64,000 nt of DNA from Antedon mediterranea (Eukaryota; Animalia; Echinodermata), in assembly GCF_964355755.1 (NCBI RefSeq), contig NC_092670.1:15610795-15674794 (forward strand), given 5' to 3'. How positions within the stretch are numbered: the first letter of the stretch is position 1; each line of letters starts with the position of its first letter. Below are positions 1-11,906 of the stretch, in pieces. The notes under the pieces are model-generated. The model was not told the origin of the DNA. It saw only the letters and a program-made list of their open reading frames with translations, and made no database searches. Made by a program: the position numbers and the translations under genes.

Positions 1-509
1 CACTACTGCCTAATTATAAAATAATAGTTGTGAGAGCTAGATTTTAATGTTTGTAATGTTTGTATTTACTTTGTTTAAAACAGTAAGCTATATCATGGAT
101 TAAAGAATAGAAGGATATGCATCACGCCACTGCTGAGTATAATGTTTATTGAAAACATTGTACGTTATTGTGAAGACCCTATAGTGTAGGCTTACTTCAT
201 CAATATACCAGATAAAATACTATATATATGTTATTGGCTTAGAATTATAGATGCTATAATTGTAATTAGTATAGGTTTCTGCCGCGATTGATCTACGCTA
301 ATGTTTTTATGACATTAAAGTAGCATTTTATGACCTGTAGTAGCCCTACATCTGAGACAATAACTATTTTTTGTCTCAGCCTACATGTAAAATTACAAAA
401 TCAGCAAGGATACTAGACCTAGGCCTTCTAGGCTTACTAGAAAACCATATGATTTGCCGACATTGATACTGCCTAGGTAGGCCTAGGCTAATATTAAGTG
501 TAGTAGATA

Positions 510-1300
510 CAACGTGTAATCATGATCTATATACTCACCGTTGTCTTACTTCTTGTGTGAATAATAATAGGTACTTCGTTTGTTCGTGATTAAGTTTGCC
601 ATGCGTGTACTTTTCAAAACGACCGCTAGGTAACTTATCGCAACTATACATAGCCAGCCAATCCCGGATCAGGGATCGCTGTTTTCATTCAATTAGGCCC
701 GGTGATTGGATGTGATGTGGATGACATAACCACTAGCCAATCACCAGGCACTAAAATTTAAATATAATTACATCGACAATTAAGGAGATTTATGAAGAAA
801 CCACTGCTTAGCCATATATTAAAAACACGATTGTTCTATGTGTGGACACCGGACACGCTAACAACATACATGGTCAAATGCGTAATTTAATATTCTATAG
901 ATTAACGCAATTTTTAATGACAGAAGATGGCAGGCAAATAATGATAATTCAAATATAAAAATTGCATATTTTATTAATATTACCGACTACTTAAAATTAC
1001 CAGTCGTAAGAAAGTGAACTTTTCGTAGTCCGATTGTTATGAAACTAAAACAGAATTGTTCAGCAATACATTTATGTTGTCAATTAATCATCGACGCAGA
1101 CATGTCAATAGAACATTCAGACTGCGCATACGATTTCTACATGGTTACGTTTTGGTCTAAAAAAATGTAGCAGTTGATTCGCAGCGTTCTACAGAGGGCC
1201 GCGGTTAAAGACACGGAGTTCAATGTTTGATTGGCAGCAGTGCTTTAGTATAGGCAAGCGCGTTGTAAAATCGTTTGATGTTGCCGTCGATGCATATCCT
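510..1300. mobile_element. Interspersed repeat (non-autonomous element) in lipin intron; second copy at about 56230-57305
   Basis: Long collinear matches to 56230-57305, e.g. gatcagggatcgc..cccggtgattgg..tgtgatgtggatgacataacca and ttcgcagcgt..agagggccg..aaaatcgtttgatgt. Confidence 0.8.
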
Positions 1301-1495
1301 TCTAATTCTTTTATCCATGGCTATATTAACATTATACAATAAGACTGCCTCATAAACTTCCATTCTGCATTTAAACGAAATAAAACCATACGCTATTGCA
1401 GTAAAGAATGTAGTTACTGCAGTACCAGAATAATTTTGACATGATCCCTAAAAACTTTTGATTTCATTAGATAGCATAATATTTTCTTCTTGTAG

Positions 1496-2396
1496 AGAGG
1501 TGATTGTCAGAAAGCCTGAGGAATTTAAGATTGGCTGCTTAAAGGACATTGCCTCCTTGTTTCCGAATAATCCATTTTATGCTGGATTTGGCAACAGAAT
1601 TAATGTAAGTATTTTGTTATTTAAATTTTGGAGAGTTTTATTCTGCAATACTCTTGCATCTGGGAATGAAATCTTTGAACTTTGGAAGCAATGCAGATAA
1701 AACTATACATATTTAAATTGCATATTGTTGTCCATAGGATGTGTGGTCTTACAGAGCTGTTGGCGTCCCCACTACTCGTATCTTCACTATCAATCCAAAG
1801 GGACAAGTGTCGCAAGAAATATCCAAGACATTTAAATCCTCGTAAGTTTGCATGTGAATTCATCTCCAAGTACTCTCAATTGCACTGATGAATCTCCATT
1901 GGGATCCAGCCACTGATATCCACACTATTTTCATATTTTCAGTGCTTCTTGTATTTGTATCTCCATTCAGCTTGTCATTTTGTATGCAATTTGCCTTTTG
2001 ATATATTCATTACGTGGTAATGCATTTGAACTCATTAATACATAGATAAAATGTGTTAATATACCATGTTCTGAAGACTTTGAAATATTGCTATCAAATA
2101 ATAGAGACAGTAAATGGCAACATTCTTTAAAACATTATTAAAAACATTCAGCTTGTTCTGCTGCTGTATACCAAATAAGTAATTTAAATAAAATATTTTC
2201 TATTCTTGTTAGATACAACAAACTACAAGATTTGGCTGATCATGTGTTCCCACCACTAAATTCACGCAAGTCGGTCGCATTTGAAGAATCCTCTGACTAT
2301 AGTTCATACACTTACTGGCGCCCTCTCATGCCAGAATTACCTTCAGATGACGAGTTGGCAGGATTAGAACCTACACCCGTCACAGTCAAGAAGTAG
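1496..2396 (+). CDS. LPIN: Lipin (phosphatidate phosphatase), last three coding exons; 5' part lies upstream of the window
   Basis: Exons 1496-1604, 1738-1841 and 2213-2396 (all AG/GT) join in frame: [82 protein letters not shown]. This is the typical C-LIP/LNS2 C-terminus. Confidence 0.95.
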
Positions 2397-2484
2397 CTGC
2401 ACCATCCATATCTACCACATTCATGAAGTCATTCTGCTTTGGTTTCACAGATACTAGCAATTTTTTAAGAAGTTAAAAAGTATT

Positions 2485-2886
2485 TTAGACACATCTAGAT
2501 GATCTGTAGATGTCTAAACATATCACAATAGACACATTTTATGGTAGACTTTACACATTTCATGGTAGACATATCTAGAAGTCTACACATGTTGTGGTAG
2601 ACATATCTAGATGTCTACACATGTCGTGGTAGACATATCTAGATGTTCTCTAGATGCCTAAACATGTCATGATAGACACATCTAAATGTCTACACATGTC
2701 ATGGTAGCCATATCTAGATGTTCTTCTCTAGATGCCTAAACATGTCATGATAGACACATCTAAATGTCTACACATGTCATGGTAGCCATATCTAGATGTT
2801 CTTCTCTAGATGCCTAAACATGTCATGATAGACACATCTAGATGTCTAATATATCTAAAGAAGGGTAGACACATGGCTAGACATGT
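2485..2886. repeat. Degenerate tandem repeat built from palindromic units (tagaca.atctagatgtcta.acatgtc) in the lipin 3' UTR
   Basis: Units of about 30 bp, plus near-identical higher-order copies of about 77-79 bp between 2635 and 2848. Confidence 0.8.
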
Positions 2887-3949
2887 CAAATACATCAGGC
2901 TTATCAATTTTTTTTTTTATCAAAATAATGTTTAGTATGAAATAAATTTGACAGCTAGATTGTACTGAAATAATATTATCAAGAACTTCCGTTGAACCTC
3001 TGGTTAAATCTTGCCATTTTCCAAGATTAGTATTAGTAAAGTTTTACTAGCTGCCAACGATTGAAAGGTTCAGTGTCTCTTACACCCAATACTGTATGTA
3101 TATAGAAGATTTTCAGCCCATCATCCATACCTGTTACTGTATGTGTAAATATAGAATTATGTAGATTTTATATAATGATGTAAAAGAACATCTAACATAT
3201 AACATTTTAAATTATTAAAATTATTCATTAGAAGAATTCCCTCCCTTTGAAATTTGTACTATTTTTGTTGCAACAATACCAACACTCAGGAAAATGTGTA
3301 AACATTGAATCCAGAACAATTATTACTTTATAAATGAAGTATAGTAAACCCTAAACATGTATAAGTGTGTGTGCTAATTGTTTTAAAATTTATTCAGAGT
3401 GACAGGGTCATTTTAGGAAAATGGCACAATCGTATTATTATTATTATTAATAATAATAATATTATCACCTCATATTTGCATTATTTTCAAAAACTTTTTT
3501 TTTATTTCTTATATTTACTAATGGCCCTTAAAGTACCATTTTCTATACACTGTAAATTATTAGTACAGTATATTAACAAAATCTGTTTTTTTAGTTAGCA
3601 AAAGCAAATAAATGTCCTTAATTTATTTTGAAAATCAGACAAAACCCATGGATTGAATACAATACATAAAATAATTCAATCAAAAAAGTGTGCACTGCTA
3701 ACTTTTTTTAACTTGATAAATAGTGGTTTACATTTTTTTACTTAAGCAAAATTGCCTTTTTTTATTGGTATAAGATATCATAAGTTACCACCAAGATGGT
3801 TTTAGCTTCTTTTACTCATATGCAATTTTGTGTGCTACATTTTAGTAATGTATAGATTAAATGCCAAAGGCACAGAACAAATTCTAAACCTCCCGGTGAT
3901 ATACTGCATGGATTATATGGTTATATTTACATGGTTTATTGTACCATTA

Positions 3950-4077
3950 AACCTTGTGTCCCACTTCCAATGACCAATCACAACACATGGATTGTCCGAA
4001 CTGTCGCTTGTGATTGGTCAACTCACTTGCGTTGCACCTACGTTGTTGCATTGAGTCCAAGTGGGAACAAATGCTTT
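3950..4077. mobile_element. MITE family B copy (ends like agcttggttcccact...agtgggaaccaagct); related copies at 8330-8477 and 9035-9182
   Basis: Imperfect terminal inverted repeats with shared internal ccaatcacaa / ttgcgttgc motifs across three loci. Confidence 0.6.
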
Positions 4078-4276
4078 AAAGATCTTTTTAACGGCAGTTT
4101 TTTAACAGACTATTGATTGTGCTATGTTAGTTATACTGCAGTTAGTATTATTTGTATCTTCTGAAAAGATAAATATAGGCTATAAAAAAAATGAAAAAGT
4201 AACAATTTAAAGTTTTTGCTACCTCCCACCACCACCGTATGCACCGTTATTTCTGATCAATTATTTATAAAAGATA

Positions 4277-4628
4277 AGTAATATTTACATGTAATACAGA
4301 TTAGTAATATTTACATGTAATACAGATTAGTAATATTTACATGTAATACAGATTAGTAATATTTACATGTAATACAGATTAGTAATATTTACATGTAATA
4401 CAGATTAGTAATATTTACATGTAATACAGATTAGTAATATTTACATGTAATACAGATTAGTAATATTTACATGTAATACAGATTAGTAATATTTACATGT
4501 AATACAGATTAGTAATATTTACATGTAATACAGATTAGTAATATTTACATGTAATACAGATTAGTAATATTTACATGTAATACAGATTAGTAATATTTCC
4601 ATGTAATACAGATTAGTAATATTTACAT
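4277..4628. repeat. 26-bp minisatellite (agtaatatttacatgtaatacagatt) x ~13.5
   Basis: Near-perfect tandem copies read directly from the sequence. Confidence 0.97.
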
Positions 4629-6208
4629 ACAAAACGGATTTAGTAGTAATATTTAACTTTATAAAGAATTTAATAGTTCAGTTTTTTTAAAGTTTTATTT
4701 TAGTTTGTTGATGTAGGCCTTATTTGACGTTTGTTTAGTAGTTTGTAATGGCACTGATAATTTTGTTTAGTTTTTAATGAAGGCATTGTTAGTTATATTT
4801 AGTTATTAGTCATCTCGCTTTACATGACGTCACCTTGTTAGTACGTTTTTGACATCAGTTATGTTATCAAAAATTCATTTTAAGCAAATCCCTTTTACAC
4901 AGAAATATACGATATACATTTTAAAGTAGTAATATTGCCGAATATAGATATATTATTCACTGGAAGAATAAATGGGTGCTTTTAAAATACATGTACAAGG
5001 AGTATGTTAATATTGTCATAGATAAATATCAAAGTTTATTATTATAGATATTTGTAAATCAAGATTATGCAGGTGAATTTATTTTTGTATGCATTTATAA
5101 TATGTTATATTACGGTATTCAAAGATGGACATAGCTTAAGTTAGAGTGAAGGAAAATGTTATATAGAGTATGTTAGTAGGACTTTAACGTTCTGATAATG
5201 GTATGATCATTTTATTGATCAATTGGTTGGTAAATTGATTGATCGAGTAATTGATTGTAAAGAAACCCTTGATCTCTGCACAAGACGGTTAGGGTGTGCC
5301 CGCTGGTTGATATGATGAATATTTTGATTCATTTTCCTTAATTACTAATTTATTCTTTTAGTAATTTGTTAAAATGTCTGTGACAGACAAACAGTAATAT
5401 TGTCAACGTGGTTACAACTGCTTTTTGTGGTTTATTAATTTGATTTAAGGAGAAAATAATTTATAAATGAACTGTCCCTGTATTCTACTAATGTTATGTT
5501 ATTTGCTAAGTTAATGTGTGTGCCAAATGATGAGTAAATTATTTTTAATGTCAATTTAAATAAAAAACATAAATAAAAAATACAATATAAATTTTCAAAT
5601 TAATTATTCTTTTAAAACATAATTCTATTGTGTATATTAGTTGTTATATTTTGCTATTTTTCTGAAAAAGTTGTATTCAATAATGTGTTATTTTTACACG
5701 ATTCAAAGTTATATAACACCCCTCCCTTTAATATAATTCTTTAGTCAAATCTATTTCCGTAACTCATTCGCGATACCTTATCTATATTTTGTCCAGTTCA
5801 TAGGCACATTCTGTGATGCGGTGTCACATATCTATCACATGTTACAATTGTATCATGCCAAACCCTTCACCTTAGCATTATACTGGCCCACATGTGATGC
5901 ATATGTGACGCTGTACTACAGATTGTGCCAATGATATTAACCAGATAAATACAATATGTAGACTGGTGATTTCCATACAATTCAAAATTATTTAGTGCAA
6001 TAACTGTTTTAAAGATTATTCTAAATATTGATTTTGTCACGTTTGTAGTTTCTGTTTTACATTCAGTTAAAGTACTTTAAAGTGCTTTTTAAACGTTATC
6101 TTGTACTAGTATTCTCTTTAAGAGTTTATGGAAATCAAATTTCTTCATTTTATTGATGAAAAACAGAGCTCAGCAACAAATACAGCTTTGTTAGTTTATT
6201 TAGTATTA

Positions 6209-6386
6209 CTACACTATCAAACTACAGTACTGTTTGACTAAAAATAAATGGTAGTGATATGACATCATCCTGTCCACATGGCATCATCCTGTCCATATGG
6301 CATCATCCTGTCCATATGACATCATCCTGTTTACATGGCATATTATATTTTGTTGTCGCATAAAGTTTGATAGTATGGACAGAGCT
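6209..6386. mobile_element. MITE family A copy (left end truncated)
   Basis: ctacactatcaaact ... agtttgatagtatggacagagct, with the family core ggtagtgatatgacatcat. Confidence 0.7.
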
Positions 6387-7281
6387 TAAGAATTAGTATC
6401 ATTTTTTTGTTCAATAGTCCTTATCATTAGTGTATATCGGTCAAAAGTAGTCCATTGCTAATATTTTGTTAATTGTTATTGCACAAAATAATAATATGAT
6501 GCGTGTGTGATTATTATTTTTTTAATCTTTAAAAAACAATAGACCTACGTACTGACAAGTTGAATAATCATAATAATTTTTGTATGAGGCAGAAATTTCA
6601 TGCAATAAAATAACACACAATTTGATACAGGTGTTTTGGTTTTTTTTTTTTTTTTGTAATTAAAACAATGGAGGTAATTAACATTATACTTTATAATAGA
6701 GATAATAATAGATAAAAAAAGTTAATTAGTTTGTGGATGCATGTATAATATTAATATAATTCTTTATGAGGTAATCACAAAAACACTTTGACTACAGAAT
6801 ACAGGAGAACAAGCGATGATTTTATTAGTCGAATAATGGTGATAACCGCGCGTCGTATCCTCAATCGGCTTAGTGATACTACGCGCAACTTCATTTTGTA
6901 AGTAGGCCTACAGGGCTGGCATTAGACATCTTTTACTTAATGTCAAGATAATAGCTTAAGTGTAAACTGAGGCCGGCTTTATTTATCAAACCAGTTCATT
7001 TTTATCTTATGGAATAGACTTTGTTATCTAAGATTAGTGAGAAAAAAAACATTAATTTTGCTTAGCTTCAATTCAATTCAATAATACATTTATTTAAGCT
7101 TGTTTTGAAAAATGACTTAAAAGAATTATGAAGATGATTTTCCTTTGCGTTTTTGTGCATATGATAAATTTGACTCGTGTGTACCATCAATAGGAATTAA
7201 TTATTTATAAACTATATTTCGTATTGTAATATTAAATGTGTTTTGTTACAAAGGTTTTGGACAAAACTTGCAGAGCAGAAG

Positions 7282-10200
7282 ATGGAAGGATATCACCATT
7301 GGTTGCGACATTCGAACGGGCAAGTAAATGTTTGTCAAATCACCCTCTTTCTTATATGGATTACCATCATTTGTTTATGGACATTCAGGCGGTTGTTTAA
7401 TCGGAAACCTGTACAGAAAACGACCGACGATATTGAAACGGGTAAAATCAAATATCAACGAAAATTACCGAATGAGCAGTGTTTGGAACAGTGGAGCGCA
7501 GACGTAGAATCTATCATAGATGATAATAAACCAACAACATCGTTAGAAGAAAAAATTGAAAAACAATTTTCCAAATTTAAACCACCACCGACGTTTGATG
7601 ACTTTCTGTTTTACTGCATTGTTTTTGGTGCGTTTATGATGTTCTTTTACCTGTGTTATTGCAAACGTGTTTTTCCGGCTGGAGAACGTGAATATTCCAG
7701 AGATTTGTTTGTTTTTCTTTGTCTTATTTTGTTTGGTGTTGGATGTTATTTTACAGTTCAGGTGAACGAGGATAAGATTCTAAACAGGTAGGTAAATATG
7801 AATTTGGTTGGGGTAGGCCTATCACTGTATCACTTTTGTGACAGCACGCTCAGATTAATATGCATCTGTGTACAGATACAGGTGACAATCCATGTTTTTT
7901 TGGTAGCTAACCATTAACTGCAACCACCAGGGGATCTGTTTTACCGTCACTTCATTAAAATGAAACAGTTTCGCAGACCATATATTATTTTCGACACACT
8001 GCACGCGCGTAACCAAGTTGGGGCTTGTTTTAAGCAACAACATAATTCTTTTAATTGAATGGAAGTTGCTTATTACTTCTTTTTATTTAATTGCGGTGCA
8101 TACCAGTTTTTTTTTATTGCGTTTCACCACTCACTTATTCTTCATTCTCTCCACCAGAGATCAAACTGAAGAATGGAAAGGATGGATGCAAGTGATGTTT
8201 GTGTGGTACCATTACTATGATGCAGTGGAAATATACAATATAATCAGAGTATTTATTGCTTGCTACATTTGGATGACGGGATTCGGTAATTATTTGACGT
8301 AATGTAGACGTTAAAGGCGGAGGACCTAAAGCTTGATTGCCACTAGGACGCAACGCAATGGCGTAACGCAACGCAAAGTAATTTGACGAATCTCAAGCGA
8401 TGGATTATTTGAACAGTCATGTGAAGTTGCGTTCTTTCAAGTACCTTCTGTTTTGCGTCTAGAGTGGGAACCAAGCTTTAAAGGCCCATTTACACTAGGA
8501 CGATAACGATCGACGATAAATAGACAAGTATGCATTTTTCATACATAAAACAAAAGAAATATAAAAACCTTTCATTCTAGAACTATAGAATAACCATATA
8601 TGCTTTCTTTGATGAAAATTATATTTTTACACATCCAATCAAATGTCATGATTAATAAGAGCAAAAATATCGTGACAATACAACGATGTTATGGTTATTA
8701 TTTATCATGACATCATTTGATGGAAATTTGAAAATTAATATTTGTATCAAAGACAGCATAAATGATTATCCTAAAGTTCTAGAACGAAATCCTTTCTAAT
8801 TTAATTTTTTTTATGTAAAAAAAAATGCATGCTTATATATTTGTCGTCGATCGTTATAGTCCTAGTGTAAATGGATCTCCTTTAACCTTGTGGATGACGT
8901 CGCGTTAGAGACATCAGAGTCGTAATATTGAATACAGTACTGTATTATGATAAATTATGATGGTTCGGTGATAGTGATATTTATGAGCTTTAATATTATG
9001 AAACAGCTAAATAAAGGGATCAGACGATAGGTGCAGGTTTCCCACTTAGACGCAACAGAAACGACGTAGCTTGGCAAATCACAAGCAACTCAGATGATCC
9101 ATCGCGCCGTAATTGGTCAAATTGCATGCGAGGGTGCGCGCGCTTATGTCCTGGCGTTGCGTGTCTGGGTGGGCACCAAGTTTGATGGCGAAGATGATGT
9201 TAGTGATGATGATGTCGGTGACGTTTGAGCATGTTATGTGGGGCATCAGTGGATTTTGGCAAAGTCAGTGGAAGGAAGGATTATCGATTTATAAATCTGT
9301 CTTTAGTTACAAGGAGTCTACTTGGACAAGGAGTTACGACAGAACGAGAACGGATGGGGACCCTCCAAAGAAATTGCATTTTATTTGTCAGGCATTTGTA
9401 TGATTTATTTATTTTTTTTTTTTTTAATGCGCCTTGAGCACTCTTGAGTGGTATGTGCGCTATAAAAATCCTTTTATTATTATTATTATTACTTACACAC
9501 CCATGATCAGTTTTAATATAATAACGCCTTTGTAATATTCGTTTTCATAGGTAACTTTTCTTTCTTCTGGATTCGTCAAGACTTTTCCATATGGCGTATA
9601 TGCAAAATGATTTTTCGTTTAAACTTTCTCGTTGTTTTTGTTGCCGTGGTTACAAATAACCAATACATGCTGTATTACATATGTGCCATGCACACGTACT
9701 GGTTCATCACCGTTTACGTGTTCATGCGTGTATTATCGTCATGGAACACGCAACCAAAACTTATGGCTATTAAATTTGCCGCTTATTTCATTTGTAATAC
9801 GGTGATTTTTGATTTGCCATACGTTGCTGACGTCGTTTTTACGCCGTTTTGGCCAATTTTCTCGATGAACAACAGTCTTTACGAGTGGAAGTATCGTGCT
9901 AAGCTAGACCATTATGCCGCGTTGGTAGGGATGATATCTGCTTACAATTACCCTAATTACGAACGACTTATGAAATACCTGGATCAGAAGCATATTGATA
10001 AACGAGATAGGATAATGTTGATGGGTGTAAAAATAATGTCTTTAGGTGTTTTAGGCATCCTTTTAGGGGTGTGGTGCTACCTTTTTATGTCGATGGAACG
10101 GGACGAATACAATCAGTACCACCCGTACATATCATGGTTTCCTATCCTATCATATATTTTCGTGCGCAATTTGTTTCCCTTCTTTCGCACTCATCACATC

Positions 10201-10509
10201 GGGTTATTTACTTGGCTTGGAAAAATCACATTGGAAACGTACATCACTCAGTTTCATATATACCTGGCGCATGGTAAACGTATCATTTTCATCCTCATCG
10301 ATGGATATCCACTGATAAATGTCATTTTTTCAACTGCGGTCTACCTCATCGTGTCGTTGTACCTTCTTAGATTAACAACAGAATTCAGTGCTTTTCTTTT
10401 ACCAAAAGACATGAAAAAGGTTTTGTATCATTTTATTGGTATTACTTTAATTGTTTGTATTCATTTTTGTTTTGCGTTTCTGCTTCGTGATATAATAGGA
10501 TTAATGTAA
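7282..10509 (+). CDS. RWA-like / Cas1_AcylT multi-pass membrane O-acetyltransferase, copy 1 (530 aa; 560 aa if upstream exon 6836-6897 is coding)
   Basis: Exons 7282-7787, 8158-8285 and 9551-10509 total 1593 nt in frame. Motifs [59 protein letters not shown] possible upstream exon (ATG 6836, GTAAGT donor at 6898) splices in frame to the acceptor at 7254. Confidence 0.92.
8330..8477. mobile_element. MITE family B copy
   Basis: agcttgattgccactagg ... agagtgggaaccaagct inverted ends with T(A/T)A flanks. Confidence 0.65.
8483..8881. mobile_element. ~400-bp hairpin MITE with ~180-bp inverted arms
   Basis: ccatttacactaggacgataacgatcgacga pairs with tcgtcgatcgttatagtcctagtgtaaatgg, and complementarity continues inward to tcaaatgtcatgat / atcatgacatcatttga. 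Confidence 0.85.
9428..9491 (+). mobile_element. 3' tail of an L2-type LINE/SINE
   Basis: gcgccttgagcact..gtgcgctataaaa followed by a (tta)n tail. Confidence 0.5.
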
Positions 10510-11619
10510 GCTTTTTACCCGTAATGACGGCGCGCTATCCGATTGGTTCTGCTCACAGCAACGCGTAGGTCGCGCGACAAAACTTCTGACCAATCATGTT
10601 ACGAGTTTTCTAGCAATTGATCAAATCAATAAAACACGCTAACGCAGAGACTCACAAAAGTGCGCACAAGAAGCAAGAGAGAAAAGGACGAATGTCTTTT
10701 ATTTTGGAGTAGGTTGCATCACATGTACACTAAATAAAGTAATGCAAAATAGGTATCTCAAATATGAAAAATAAAATCTAGGTAGGTAGCCTATCGTTTG
10801 CCCATTATGCTAGGCCCATGCGTAATTATTTTTTCTGCATTATGAATCTCAAATATAACTAGGCCTATTGTATTCAAAACTCACATGAAATACATCCGTA
10901 ATTCAAGCAATGATTTGTGTTTGTGCTTTATTTTAAATATAAACAATCTATGTATAAATTAATTACTGGATATTGGATATTAATGAGGAGACGTAAAAGA
11001 AAAAGATAGAGGGCACTCGACTCGACTCACGGCCAGCAACAAATTACACGTTGTTTGTGTTTACGACGTGACGTACGCACCTGTTGTTGATTGATGAGTG
11101 TGTCGGTGGTGTGCCGGTTGACAGAACGGAAAGACAGTTTGTTAATGTTAGTTATGTGTAAGTACAAAAGTTTAATATACTGACATTTTATAAGATTTTC
11201 TGTTTGATTTAAGAGGATAAAAGCTACTCTATTTACTGAACTAACTTAGGCCTAATATTAAACTTAGTAGGCCTATATCCTACACTACAGTATAGGCAGT
11301 TTAGCCATTTCTACTGACTTGGGCCTTCTTGGCTAGTCCCGTGGCTAGTACACAGTAGTAAGGCCCAGGCCTAGCCACCCAGCCAGATATTTAGTGTGTC
11401 TAGTGTACAGTAGAGCGGATCACCCCCTTTCATTTCATTTCTACCACCAGCAAGGCCTTGAGTGTAGGTTAGGCCTAGCTAGCCTACTACTAACTAGACC
11501 GAACGATGTAGCTGAGCCTAATATTATTAATAACGATGCTGCCGAAGCCGTGAGTTCGAAAAACTTTTTTTTCCCACATTTTTTTATTTTATTTTTTCTT
11601 TTGCTCACTATCGACCACC

Positions 11620-11841
11620 ATGGCATCGTCTTTTTCTTACCATTGCTTAGACTAGTTAGATAGAGTAGAGGAATGGGTTTTCTTTAGGTTTCCAGGGCCC
11701 AGATAAAAATGCAAGGGACGATCGGGCCAAACACACAAGATTATTGAGACCGCTAAAAGTACCTGTCCTGATTGTCTGTGTGATCTCATTTGTTCCCACA
11801 GGCTTGTGAGGTCTGCAATCAGCATGCCTACTTTAGACTGA
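11620..11841 (+). pseudogene. Possible decayed THAP-domain remnant (transposon-derived)
   Basis: One frame from ATG 11620 reads MASSFSYHC..FFRFP..LICSH..SMPTL with two internal stops. The order resembles THAP C..C/FFRFP/CSxHF/AVPT. Confidence 0.3.
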
Positions 11842-11906
11842 GCCATTTGAGAGTAAACTTATTTTGAACATTTTTTTCAAACACTGTATCGACAGACTAG
11901 CAAAGA

